Assembly (NCBI RefSeq): GCF_964194155.1
Contig: NC_135890.1
Location: forward strand, 23,188,001 to 23,252,000
Reading direction: 5' to 3'
Length of the DNA: 64,000 bases
DNA from: Cetorhinus maximus
Taxonomy: Eukaryota
This document shows, piece after piece, positions 1-13,116 of the stretch. Each line of letters opens with the position of its first letter. Positions within the stretch are counted from its first letter, which is position 1. The notes under the pieces were generated by a model. That model was given only the letters and a program-made list of their open reading frames with translations, searched no databases and was not told the origin of the DNA. The translations under genes and the position numbers were made by a program.

Positions 1-3000
1 TGTGGGTGTACCTACACCACATGGACTGCAGCGGTTTAAGAAGACAGCTCACCACCACCTTCTCAAGGGCAATTAGGGATGAGCAATAAATTCTGGCCCA
101 GCCAGTGAAGCCCACATCCCATAAATGAATTTTTAAAAATCAATCTCACTGATAATCCTCAATCTGTCTCTAATAATCCACAAATTGTGTCCCTGATGCT
201 CCTCAATCTGCCTCTGATAATCCTCAACCTGTGCCCCTGATAATCCTCAGTCTGTCCCTGATAATCCCTGATGTTGTGGTGGGATCACTTCCATTCTATG
301 GTGCTCTGAGTCATGATCACTCCCCCTCTAGGCTGCTGTATGGGATCACTCCCAGTTAAGGTGCTGTGTGGGATCACTCCCAGTCTAAGCTGCTGTGTGG
401 GATCACTCCCAGTTAAGGTGCCGTGTGGGATCACTCCCAGTTAAGGTGCCGTGTGGGATCACTCCCAGTCTATGGTGCTGTGTGGGATCACCGTCAGTTA
501 TGGTGCTGTGTGGCAAGGTCATTAACTTAGTGAAAGTTTTAGGTTTTACAAAGTGTAACAATACAGCAAAGGAGGATGCAGCTGTTCCAGTGGTGTCCTG
601 CTGGTGGCACTGCTGAGATGACTGACTGTATCTCATCATCACCATCTGGAGGCCCCTACTGGTACTGCACCTGCTCTGAGTCAGAATTCAGAGACTTTTG
701 GCAGCTGGCCATTCAGCCCATCATGCCTGTAACACTTCACTGAAAAAGACATAAAAGGCAGTCATGATTGTATCCCCCAGTGTTATTCCCCGTCGAGCAT
801 ATATGGTTCATTATGCAGCTGTCACGTTGGCTGCTGTTTTTCCTACATTACATCAATGACTAGACTTCAAAAGTCATTGATTGTCTAAAATACGTTTTGG
901 GAAGCACTGAACTTGTGAAAGGTGCAGAAAAAAAGCACATCTCATTTTCACATTACATTAATTCACCTTCCATTAATAGTATCCCTGATAATGCTCATTC
1001 TGTCTCTGATAATCCTCAATCTGTCTCTGATAATCCTCAAACTGTCTCTGATAATCCTCAAACTGTCTCTGATAATCCTTAATCTGTCTCTGATAATCCT
1101 CAAACTGTCTCTGATAATCCTCAAACTGTCTCTGATAATCCTCAATCTGTCTCTGATAATCCTTAATCTGTCTCTGATAATGCTCATTCTGTCTCTGATA
1201 ATGCTCATTCTGTCTCTGATAATGCTCATTCTGTCTCTGATAATCCTCCATCTGTATCGTCCAGAAAATGAACTGGACTAGTGGTATAAATACATTGGCT
1301 ACCTACACCACATGGACTGCAGCGGTTTAAGAAGGCAGCTCACCACCACCTGTTCAAGGGCAATTAGGGATGGGCAATAAATGCTGGCCCAGCCAGCGAA
1401 GCCCACATCCCATAAATGAATTTTTAAAAATCAGTCTCGCTGATAATCCTCAATCTATCTCTAATAATCCACAAACTGTCTCCCTGATGCTCCTCAATCT
1501 GCCTCTGATAATCCTCAACCTGTGTCCCTGATAATCCTCAATCTGTCCCTGATAATCCTTGATGTTGTGCTGGGATCATTTCCATTCTATGGTGCTCTGA
1601 GTCATGATCACTCCCCCTCTAGGCTGCTGTATGGGATCACTCCCAGTTAAGGTGCCATGTGGGATCACTCCCAGTCTAAGCTGTTGTGTGGGATCACCTT
1701 CAGTTGTGGTGCTGTGTGGCAAGGTCATTAATTTAGTGAAAGTTTTAGGTTTTACAAAGTGTGATAATACAGGATGTGAGGATGCAGCAGTTCCAGTGAA
1801 GCCCTGCTGGTGGCACTGCTGAGATGACTGATATCTCATCATCACCGTCTGGAGGCTTCTACTGGTACTGCGCCTGCTCTGAGTCAATTCAGAGGCTCAC
1901 AGTTTGGCAGCTGGCCATTCAGCCCATCGTGCCTGTAACACTTCACTGAAAAAAACATAAAAGGCAGGCATGATTGTATCCTCCTGTGTTATTCCCAGTC
2001 AAGCAGATATGGTTCATTACGCAGCTGTCACATTGGCTGCTGTTTTTCCTACATTACATCAGTGACTAGACTTCAAAAGTCATTGATTGTCTAAAATGCA
2101 TTTTGGGAAGCACTGAACTTGTGAAAGGTGCAGAAAAAAAGCACATCTCATTTTCACATTACATTAATTCACCTTCCATTAATACTATCCCTGATAATGC
2201 TCACTCTGTCTCTGATAATCCTCAATCTGTCTCTGATAATGCTTATTCTGCCTCTGATAATCCTCAATCAGTCTCTGATAATCCTCAATCTGCCTCTGAT
2301 AATCCTCAATCAGTATCATCCAGAAACTGAACTGGACTAGCCGTATAAATACTGTGGCTACAAGAGCCAAACAGAGTCTAGGAATCTTGTGGTGAGTAAC
2401 TCAGCTCCTGATTCCCCAAAGCCTGTCCACCATCTACAAGACACACGTCAGGAGTGTGATGGAATACTCCCCACTTGCCTGGATGAGTGCAGCTCCCACA
2501 ACACTCCAGAAACTTGACACCGTCCAGGACAAAGCAGCCCACTTGATTGGCACCACATCCACAAACATTCACTCTCTCCACCACCAACGCACAGTAGCAG
2601 CAGTGTGTACCATCTACAAGATGCGCTGCAGGAATTCACCAAGGCCCTTTTGACAGCCCCTTCCAAACCCACGACCGCTATCATCTAGAAGGATAAGGGC
2701 AGCAGATGGATGGAAATACCACCACCTGGAAGTTCCCTCCAAGTCACTCACCATCTTGACTTGGAAATATGTTTCCGTTCCTTCACCGCCGCTGGGTCAA
2801 AATCCTGGAACTCCCTTCCTAACGGCACTGTGGGTGTACCTACACCACATGGACTGCAGCGGTTTAAGAAGACAGCTCACCACCACCTTTTCAAGTGCAA
2901 TTAGGGATGGGAAATAAATGCTGGCCCAGCCAGCGAAGCCCACATCCCATAAATGAATTTTTAAAAATCAGTCTCGCTGATAATCCTCAATCTGTCTCCA

Positions 3001-4990
3001 GCAGCTGTTCCAGTGGTGTCCTGCTGGTGGCACTGCTGAGATGACGGACTGTAGCTCATCACCACCATCTGGAGGCCTCTGCTGGCACTGCACCTGCTCT
3101 GAGTCAGGATTCAGAGACTCACAGTTTGGCTGCTGGCCATTCAGCCCATCGTGCCTGCAACACTTCACTGAAAAAGACATAAAAGGCAGTCATGATTGTA
3201 TCCCCCTGCGTTATTCCCCGTCGAGCATAAATGGTTCATTACACAGCCGTCACGTTGGCTGCTGTTTTTCCTACATTACATCAATGACTAGACTTCAAAA
3301 GTCATTGATTGTCTAAAATGCGTTTTGGGAAGCACTGAATTTGTAAAACGTACAGAAAAAAAGGCACATCTCATTTTCACATTACATTAATTCACCTTCT
3401 ATTAATAGTATCCCTGATAATGCTCATTCTGTCTCTGATAATCCTCAATCTGTCTCTGATAATGCTCATTCTGTCTCTGATAATCCTCAAACTGTCTCTG
3501 ATAGTCCTCCATCTGTATAATCCAGAAGCTGAACTGGACTAGCCATATAAATACATTGGCTACAAGAGCCGGTCAGAAGCTAGGAATCCTGTGATGAGTA
3601 ACTCACCTCCTGATTCCCCAAAGCCTGTCCTCCATTTATAAGGCACAAGTCAGAAGTGTGATGGAATGCTCCCCACTTGCCTGGATGAGTGCAGCTCCCA
3701 CAATACTCTAGAAACTTGACACCATACAGGACAAATCAGCCCGCTTGATTGGCACCACATCCACAAACATTCACTCCCTCCACCGCTGACGCACAGTGGC
3801 AGCAGTGCGTACCATCTACGAGATGCACAGCAGGAACTCACCAAGGCTCCTTCAACAGCACCTTCGAAACCCACGACCACTACCATCTAGAAGGACAAGG
3901 GCAGCAGATAGATGGGAACACTACCACCTGGAAGTTCCCCTCCAAGTCACTCACCATTCTGACTTGAAAATATATCACCGTTCCTTCACCGTCGCTGGGT
4001 CAAAATCCTGGAACTCCCTTCCTAACAGCACTGTGGGTGTACCTACACCACATGGACTGCAGCGGTTTAAGAAGGCAGCTCGGCACCACCTTCTCAAGGG
4101 CAATTAGGGATGGGTAATAAATGCTGGCCCAGCCAGCGAAGCCCACATCCCATAAATGAATTTTTAAAAATCAGTCTCGTTGATAATCCTCAATCTGTCT
4201 CTAATAATCCACAAACTGTCTCCCTGATGCTCCTCAATCTGCCTCTGATAATCCTCAATCTGTATCCCTGATAATCCTCAATCTGTCCCTGATAATCCCT
4301 GATGTTGTGGTGGGATCACTTCCATTCTATGGTGCTCTGGTTTATGATCACTCCCCCTCTAAGCTGCTGTGTGGGATCATTCCCAGTCTATGCTGCTGTG
4401 TGGGATCACTCCCAGTTGTGGTGCTGTGTGGCAAGGTCACTAATTTAGTGAAAGTTTTAGGTTTTACAAAGTGTGATAATACAGGATGTGAGGATGCAGC
4501 AGTTCCAGTGAAGCCCTGCTGGTGGCACTGCTGAGATACTTTCTGTAGCTCATCACCACCATCTGGAGGCCTCTACTGGTACTGCACCTGCTTTGAGTCA
4601 GAATTAAGAGGCACACAGTTTGGCAGCTGGCCATTCAGCCCATTGTGCCTGTAACACTTCACTGAAAAAGACATAAAAGGCAGGCATGATTGTATCCCCC
4701 TGTGTTATTCCCCGTCGAGCATATATGGTTCATTACGCAGCTGTCACGTTGGCTGCTGATTTTCCTACATTACATCAATGACTAGACTTCAAAAGTCATT
4801 GATTGTCTAAAATGCGTTTTGGGAAGCACTGAACTTGTGAAAGGTGCAGAATAAAAGCATATCTCATTTTCACATTACATTAATTCACCTTCCATTAATA
4901 GTATCCCTGATAATGTTCGATCCCTCTCCCTGAGAATGCTCTATCTGTCTGTGTTAATCCTCAATCTGTCTCCCTGGTAATCCTGAATCT
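1..4990 (+). repeat. Tandem array of four ~1.1-1.5 kb composite units (LINE 3' end + 21-bp and 28-bp minisatellites + unique segment + Deu-SINE tail); continues off the left edge
   Basis: cctacaccacatggactgcagcggtttaag recurs at ~11, ~1302, ~2839, ~4042. gctggccattcagccc recurs at ~704, ~1910, ~3132, ~4626. Units are separated by ctgataatcctcaatctgtct arrays. Confidence 0.92.
2320..2965 (+). mobile_element. LINE (CR1/Jockey-group) RT 3' fragment
   Basis: Translation MMEYSPLAWMSAAPTTLQKLDTVQDKAAHLIG, followed by the family tail attagggatgggaaataaatgctggccc...cccacatcccataaatgaat. A second copy lies at 3522-4170. Confidence 0.85.
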
Positions 4991-5084
4991 GTTCCTTTGA
5001 TAATTGGTGTGCCAACTGCACTGTTACATAAATCAAGAGCCAAACTCTTAAAAATTAAGATGTGGAGAGCACTCCATTGCACTC

Positions 5085-5530
5085 CTGACTTTTGCCTTAT
5101 TGATGGTGGACAGGCTTTGGCGAGTCAGGAGATCAGTTACACACTGTAGAATTTCCCTCCCCTAACCCCGACTCCCACCACCACCACCACTCTGCTCTTG
5201 AAGCTACAGTTTTATATAGTTGGTCCAGTTAAGTTTTTGGTCAATGGTAACTCCCTATGATGTTGATGTCAGGTGATTCAACAATGGTATTTCTTTTATT
5301 GGAGGTGGCCATTGCCTGGCATTTGTGTGGATGAATGTTACTTTCCACATATCAGTCCAAGCCTGAATGTTGTTCAAGACATGCCTCATGTGGGCATGGA
5401 CTGCTTCAGTATCTGAGGAGCTGCGAATGGCACTGAACATTGTGCAATCATCAGCACTGAAGGAGGTAAAGGATGTGTGGAGAGTTACAGGGATCTGGCA
5501 TCTACCTGACCATGTGGAAAATTGCCCCAG
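5085..5530 (-). mobile_element. Degenerate LINE RT fragments (same family)
   Basis: Minus-strand translation ADDCTMFSAIRSSSDTEAVHAHMRHVLNNIQAWTDMWKVTF, the RT FADD region. Confidence 0.75.
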
Positions 5531-5604
5531 TATGTCCTGTCCACCAAACCCAGGACAAACACAATCTGGCCAATTACTGCCCCATCGGTCTGCTCTCAAT
5601 CATC

Positions 5605-5900
5605 GATATGGCAGCTGGTGAAATTTAAATTCAATTAATGAACCTGGAATATAAAGTCAGTCACAGTAATGGTGATTGTGAAATGATCATCGATTGTCGT
5701 AAAAACCCACCTGATGCCCTTTAGGGAAGGGAATCTGCCATTCTTACTCATATGGGCCTACATGTGACTCCAGACCCACAGCAACGTGTTTGACTCTTAA
5801 CTGTCCTCTGAAATGTTCAGTTCAGTGGCAATTAGGGATGGGCGACAAATGCTGGCTTTATCAGTGACGCCCACATCCCATGAAAGAATAAAGAAAAAGA
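5605..5900 (+). mobile_element. SINE body and tail (family sharing the LINE 3' tail)
   Basis: Ends ggcaattagggatgggcgacaaatgctggc...cccacatcccatgaaagaataaagaaaa. The body matches the minus-strand copies at 20198, 28856 and 61500. Confidence 0.75.
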
Positions 5901-6659
5901 ACTAAATATTCCTTTGAATAATAAGTGCTGTGGTGGAAAGTAATGCCCCCCCCCCAAAACCCACCCCCACCGAGAGGGTGCCTGAAAATACCAGTGCTGG
6001 CTGATGGGTCAACTCCGAGGTGCTATTCCCAGCACCAGAGTGATGGGGGGGAGGGGCAGCGATCCCACCCATCTCCCGGTTAATGCCCGTTAAAGTACTT
6101 AAACAGCTCATTAAAAGTTCATTGGGGGTCAAAGTTCCGATTTTGAAGGGGCGCATGTGTTGAACATGCTCTCTGTTGATGGTGAGCTGAAGGGAGGGGA
6201 ACAGGGTGGGAAGCCAGTCATGGCTGCCTTGGAAATAAGAGGGTCAGGGGCACATTTGGTAAGAGGGTGTTGCTGGTGCTGGTCAGGCAACAGGGAGAGG
6301 GGAAAGTCATCTCCTGGACATTGAATGGAGGCATCAACCCCTGGCATTATGGGGGGCATAAAAGCATTGGGAAAGACTGCCAAGGACAACAGAGTGGCCA
6401 TCGGTCCACAAGCTAGGCTGCAGCTGGCAATGGGAGCATGCCTGTCAGATTATGTGCCCCATGACGATGAGGGAAGGGTGGAAACCTGAGCAGCAGGGGG
6501 GCATGGGAGACGTAAGAGGCATCGGAAGGACTCAGAGGCCATGTCCCCAACACAGGATCGACTGCCAAAGATGGAGCTACCTGGAGACGACAAAGACCCA
6601 GTGCTGGAGGAGTCTGTGATTCTGCAGGCAGATGGTGACAGGAATCTGTGCCCTTGTCA

Positions 6660-6925
6660 CCGAAGATATCACACTTCAAAATGCACAGAAGATCCCAAGA
6701 GGATTCACGAGGTCGAGACGGCACTAAGAGGGGACACAACCAGGCTTCTTGAGTGAGGTCAAAGATCCTGGATTTCCATTCTGGAATGCGGATTTCTCAG
6801 TTGATGGCCATCTCACACACATTAAGTTGGACACGGGTGCCAGTGTTGCGGTCCTACTGCACAAGGAACCATGGCTAAGAGATTTCTGGCTATGAGCAAC
6901 TGACACCACTTTATGGGCCCCGTAC
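6660..6925 (+). mobile_element. Gypsy-type gag/aspartic protease fragment
   Basis: Translation RIHEVE..., then FLSEVKDPGFPFWNADFSVDGHLTHIKLDTGASVAVL. Retropepsin LDTGA motif at 6827-6841; frameshifted and stop-containing. Confidence 0.75.
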
Positions 6926-7018
6926 ATGACCCCACTCAGCTCACACGCACGCCTGATATCTTTCCCATTTGGCCTGGCATGTGCCTTGCTCACAGTCTCT
7001 CCATCTGTCTTTATGCAA

Positions 7019-8233
7019 GACAATCGAGAGGAGAGGTCCCAGACCAGGGGTGGAATGCCGGACATCAAGGTCACCACTTCATTTGAGAGTCAAGCGTTGG
7101 AGCTGGCCAGAGAGGACGTGGGCCATTCCTGAGGTGACGGTGAGATTGGTGGCAAGCATCCACATGAGGATCCTGCACCACCCATCATCCCTCTGTCAAC
7201 GCTACTCTGAATCCACTGTTCCATGTGTAACGCCGCTGCCAAGCACTAATAACCTGCAGTTTCTCTCCTAGGCACACCTGCCACACCACCCTCAGCCAAC
7301 CGTCGCCCCGACCCCAGTGCCGAAAGCACCTCGGATGAGGACCAACAGGGCAGCACCGTTGAAGACCCATCATGTTGCTCACCCACACCCTCCACCAGCG
7401 CAGCAACGAGATCTCGGCAGGACCGAGATGTAGAGCAGCCTCGGGTTCACTATCTGGTGAGCGCAGCACCCAATCTGCTCCATAGCGGGCGGAGGCAGGG
7501 ACATCCGAAGTCACTGGCACTTGGAGGACTGCTGGAGGCAAGGAATCTGCTGAGCCCAAGTCAGATGATGAGACTCTGGACTCTGTCCTTGAAACAGTTG
7601 TTGGAGCTTCCAGGGCAATCACGGGAACATCAGGAAGGGATGTCTCTGCACTCCTCAGATTGCAGGGCACGATGGAGGAGTCCGTCCGTCTTCAGGCTGA
7701 GGTGATAGCAGCAGCATGTCGACACACCGAGGTCAACACTGGTAGCATGGCGGCCACCATGGAGGCTTTGGTCCAGGACATCGGTCCTGTGCTGCTACAT
7801 GAGCTGAACTCCATTGCTGACGCTATAGTTTGCCTCCGACTGTGTCAACGTGGGAGAGGTGTAGGGCAGCTCAATCTCACTCCTACTTCCCCTTCCCCTC
7901 AAGGAATCAGCCTGGGGCCATCGGGCACCCATAGGGAGGAGGACCAGCAGCTTGACACCCTGGGGCCATCCACCCAGGTGGATGGGAATGTCCAGCCAAT
8001 CCAAATCCCCTCTTCCTGTGACCCCCATAGCTCCAGCCCCACAGACCGAGGAAGGAGCACCACAGCAGGATACTGAAAGCAGGCCGGGGCCCTCGAGGTC
8101 TCGGCCCTCCAGAGGACGTCCACCAAAGCATCACAGACAGGATGTAGCAGTCAGCAGGCTGCCTCCACCTCCGTTGTGGATGTCGGGGGAGCACCAAGAT
8201 GTGGCGGCAGGGTTAGGAAGGTTAAGAATAGTA
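7019..8233 (+). pseudogene. Harbinger Myb/SANT-like accessory gene, downstream exons (degenerate)
   Basis: DNREERSQTRGGMPDIKVTTSFESQALELA exon, then an acceptor tttctctcctag at 7271 and a low-complexity tail (PGPSRSRPSRGRPPK...GRVRK). Confidence 0.65.
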
Positions 8234-8940
8234 GATGCACAGCCTGGGCATGGGTGTTAATCACTTGTTCATAACGTTCACTGTTGTAAATAAATTCCCA
8301 AGAATGTCTCCTTGCCTATGGCTCCTTGTTCTGATGAGCAGTGTTTGAGTCACTCAGATGTGAAACCTTGGTTACTAAACAAGATAAAGGCAGATGTCTC
8401 AGTCCAGGGCCTCTTCCCTGTGCAGTGTGTAAACTTCAGACCAAAGTGATGTTCCGGCTTCACACTCACTGGACACATTAGTGATGCCTGCACCTCGATG
8501 GTGCTGGTCATTGCTGCCAGAATGTCCTGGGCAGGTGTCACAGAGTTCCGTCATTCTCTCTCTGTGCTCTCAGCATCTTTGAGGTGGGGTTGGCCCCCCA
8601 ATCTCTTCAGCATTTGTGTCCAGTGATGCTGTGCTCCTGAAGGGGTCAGGTGCTGAAGCCTGACAAAGGATCAGGTGCATTTAAAGTTTCATGGCTGCGT
8701 CTCCATGATATGACCCTGATCACAAAGACCAAGCGAGCTGCCCTCGGCCAGACAGGAGTCAGACATTCACAGAGGCTATGTGAAGATCTATGGAGTGTCC
8801 TCACTGCATTTCATCAACATCTTCCTGGAATCTGCTGCGTCTCCATGACATGAGCCTGAGCACTGAGGGTATGTGCGCTGCCATCAGCCACACAGGAGTC
8901 AAACGTTCATAGATGTAAGGTGAGGATGTCAGGACTGTCC

Positions 8941-10140
8941 TCACTGCATCTTGTCATCATCCTCCATGAATCTTGCGGCTATGAGAACCTCCTGAGCGTG
9001 CCTGCCTCACTGCCGGCATCCTCGCCTTCGAGGACCTAATCACCGCCATCCCCTTCGACGTTCTCCTCATCGGAGGATACATGCAGCTCCTCCATCTCCT
9101 TCTCAGCCAGGTCCTCCCCCCTTTGCAGTGCCAGGATGTGGAACACTCTGTGCCACAATGATGTGCAACACCCTCTGGGGACTGTATTGCAGTGCTCCAT
9201 CTCCACCAGACCTGTCAAGGCACCGGAACCTCATTTTCAAAATGCCTATCATTTGCTCCACCAAAGTCCAGGCAGCAGCATGAGCCTCGTTGTACCGTCG
9301 CTCCACTGCAGCCTGAGGCTGCTGCATGGGCTGCATCAGCCACTTTCTCTGCAGGTAGCCCTTGTCCCTGAGGAACCATCCCTGCATTGTCTGTGGACCC
9401 GGGAAGATGTCAGGGGTCTGAGACGTGCTAAGGATGTAGGAGTCGTGACACTCCCTGGGAATCCTGCGCAGGCCTGTAGGATGTGTTTGTGGTGGTCGCA
9501 CACCAGCTGAACATTCAGTGAGTGGAAGCTCTTGCGGTTGACTGCTTGTTGTCATGGAGATCTAAGTGCCACGTGAGTGCAGTCGATGGAATTCTGCACC
9601 TGTGGAAAACCAGAGATCACTGCAAATCCCTGCGCTCTTGCTTCCTGGCTTTCCTGATCTCGGGCGAAATGCACAAAGTTCTGTGCCTTTACGAAGATGG
9701 CGTCCGTGACCTGGATACATTTGTGCCTGGAGGTCACCTGTGGAGCCCTGGGAGGAGCCACTGGTGTAAAAATTGAATGCTGTGGTCACTTTCATGGCCA
9801 CTGCCAGTGGATGCCCTCCATGCCCCTGTGATGGCAAATCCTGCAGCAGGTGGCATATGTGACCAACCAGTTCCCTAGACATGCGCAGTCTTTGGTGACG
9901 CTAGTTCTCAGTCATCTGCAGGAATGACAAGCGCCACCTATGAGCCCTGGGTAAATGAGGCACCTACGAGCGACGGCTCTCTGTGGATCTTTAACTGTGT
10001 GTGCAGGAGGCCCTGCCGCACCTTCATCTTGAGGGTGGTGCTCCTCCCATCGGCAAGCCAGGTGCCTCCGTCGCTCTTTTCTCCTTCTTCTCTGCTCTCT
10101 GTAAGCCATGAGGCTTAACCGCGAAATCACCAGGTTCCAT
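8941..10140 (-). pseudogene. HARBI1-like Harbinger transposase, frameshifted
   Basis: Motifs [47 protein letters not shown] and VEQMIGILKMRFRCLD, spread across several frames. Confidence 0.9.
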
Positions 10141-11369
10141 GATCCTGATGTTCTCCTCCTGCAGGATCAAAGAAAGAGATGCGTAGGTTAGCGTATGTGT
10201 CCTAAGCAAATCTCTTGGTTAACTCTCAAGGCCCTTTCACACATGCCAGAGAGTGCTGGCCATCACTTGGCCCGTGTGTCGTGCGCTCATTGGCTGTCCT
10301 AAACCCCACCCACCTCTGCCCCACTCCACTTGACCGATTAGCGGCAGCTTCAGCCACTGGACTCCATGCTGTGCTCTCAGCTCAGGTGCAGGCTTTCTCC
10401 TAACCTGCACTGCAAGGCTGCGCTGCTAGCTTGAACCATGAGGGATACTGGTTCAAACCTTAATAAAGACATTGCAAGGGGCTGTGAACACTTTCATCGT
10501 GACTGCACCATGACCACCTTTCGCAAGGGGATTATACAACTTGCCCAGTCGTCCAATTGCTCTGCAGCCTCCTAAAATGCACATTAATTTGCAGTCTGTG
10601 CCTGAGGGTGAAAAGTTCTGGAGCATTTGGTGGCACATTCATGCTTTTGAGTTGCTTGAGTGGGCAGAAATGCTTCCGAGGCCTGACTCCAAGCCTGTCA
10701 ATGGAGTTACAGCTGAACGGACTCAGCTGCGGAGGAATGCTCACTTTTGACAAGTTTTTGCAAGTGTGTGGCCACTTCCCTTAATCCCTCTTTGCCCGCC
10801 TCCCCCCCCCCGGCCCTGGCTTGTGCTTATATACTTCCTTCCGTCTGTGCCACCATGCACACCCCACCCGCCCCCCATGCCCCACTACCCCCACCCCCTA
10901 CCCGTCCGGCAATGCACTGAGAGCCAATCAGGAAAAAGCAACTTGCCTGTCCCCTGGTGAATGTGCGACACCACTCCCTTGATGTCCTACGGGTGATCCT
11001 CACAAGCGCTGCACAAGGTTGTGTGCACTCACCTCCGAGTTCCCCTCGGAGTTCAGCTCACCAGGTGCACGCCTTTTAAAGGCAGTCGTTAAGACACGTC
11101 ATTCTGAAGTCATGCCGAGGTAGGAGGTATATCTGGGGGGATGGTTCCAGCCTGCGGCCACAATGATGAGTTGCAAATGCATCAAAATTAAGTCTCTGAC
11201 GTTGGACAGCAGGAAATACAGGCTGCCATTGACGAACGGAGCGTACTATTGCAAATTTCTATCACGACAGCGTAAAACCGATTTTTGGCCTTTACTATCC
11301 TGTCTGCTCACGCCCTCCATGATGCCCACTGCCAATGGGAGCGGAAAATACCAGCCTGGCTCTCACATG

Positions 11370-12969
11370 GGTACAGTTCCACAAACACTGACTCTCACTG
11401 GGGTACAGTTCCCAAACACTGACTCTCACTGGGGTACAGTTCCACAAACACTGACTCTCACTGGGGTACAGTTCCACAAATACTGACTCTCACTGGGGTA
11501 CAGTTCCACAAACACTGACTCTCACTGGGGTACAGTTCCACAAACACTGACTCTCACTGGGGTACAGTTCCACAAACACTGACTCTCACTGGGGTACAGT
11601 TACATAAACACCTACTCTCACTGGGGTACAGTTCCACAAACACTGACTCTCACTGGGGTACAGTTCCACAAACACTGACTCTCACTGGGGTACAGTTACA
11701 TAAACACCTACTCTCACTGGGGTACAGTTCCACAAACACTGACTCTCACTGGGGTACAGTTACATAAACACCTACTCTCACTGGGGCACAGTTCCACAAA
11801 CACTGACTCTCACTGGGGTACAGTTACATAAACACCTACTCTCACTGGGGTACAGTTCCACAAACACTGACTCTCACTGGGGTACAGTTCCGCAGACACT
11901 GACTCTCACTGGGGTAATGTTCCACAAACACTGACTCTCACTGGGGTAATGTTCCATAAACACTGACTCTCACTGGGGTAATGTTCCACAAACACTGACT
12001 CTCACTGGGGTACAGTTCCACAAACACTGACTCTCACTGGGGTACAGTTACATAAACACCTACTCTCACTGGGGTAATGTTCCATAAACACTGACTCTCA
12101 CTGGGGTAATGTTCTACAAACACTGACTCTTACTGGGGTACAGTTCCACAAACACTGACTCTCACTGGGGTACAGTTCCACAAACACTGACTCTCACTGG
12201 GGTACAGTTCCACAAACACTGACTCTCACTGGGGTACAGTTCCACAAATACTGACTCTCACTGGGGTACAGTTCCACAAACACTGACTCTCACTGGGGTA
12301 CAGTTCCACAAACACTGACTCTCACTGGGGTACAGTTCCACAAACACTGACTCTCACTGGGGTACAGTTACATAAACACCTACTCTCACTGGGGTACAGT
12401 TCCACAAACACTGACTCTCACTGGGGTACAGTTCCACAAACACTGACTCTCACTGGGGTACAGTTACATAAACACCTACTCTCACTGGGGTACAGTTCCA
12501 CAAACACTGACTCTCACTGGGGTACAGTTACATAAACACCTACTCTCACTGGGGCACAGTTCCACAAACACTGACTCTCACTGGGGTACAGTTACATAAA
12601 CACCTACTCTCACTGGGGTACAGTTCCACAAACACTGACTCTCACTGGGGTACAGTTCCGCAGACACTGACTCTCACTGGGGTAATGTTCCACAAACACT
12701 GACTCTCACTGGGGTAATGTTCCATAAACACTGACTCTCACTGGGGTAATGTTCCACAAACACTGACTCTCACTGGGGTACAGTTCCACAAACACTGACT
12801 CTCACTGGGGTACAGTTACATAAACACCTACTCTCACTGGGGTAATGTTCCATAAACACTGACTCTCACTGGGGTAATGTTCTACTAACACTGACTCTTA
12901 CTGGGGTACAGTTCCACAAACACTGACTCTCACTGCGGTACATTTCCACAGAAACTGACTCTCACTGGG
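11370..12969. repeat. 32-bp minisatellite (ctctcactggggtacagttccacaaacactga)n with a 768-bp higher-order duplication
   Basis: About 50 units. Variant markers tactga (11481/12249) and cgcagac (11891/12659) are each exactly 768 bp apart. Confidence 0.95.
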
Positions 12970-13116
12970 ATCGGTGCCTATGCCCATCCTCGGTCAGGTC
13001 TGACACTGCTTGCATGATAGGACAGCATTGTCATTGGGATAAGGAAAGCTCAGTGGGATTTGTTGCTTTATGTCAGCAAAGATCTGCATATGTATCTTCC
13101 AGTATGGAGCACAAAC

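Larger units (their letters stand above)
6925..11356. mobile_element. Harbinger DNA transposon copy A (left end lost)
   Basis: Convergent Myb-like (+) and HARBI1-like transposase (-) remnants. Right terminus ggaaaataccagcc at 11343-11356. 8275-10800 is colinear with 23094-25630. Confidence 0.85.

Noticed and set aside
897-1281. Leucine-rich or coiled-coil-like heptad ORFs
   Set aside because: Derived from a 21-bp minisatellite.
11370-12969. 32-bp repeats as a CRISPR array
   Set aside because: Units are directly adjacent with no unique spacers, the context is eukaryotic and there are no cas genes.
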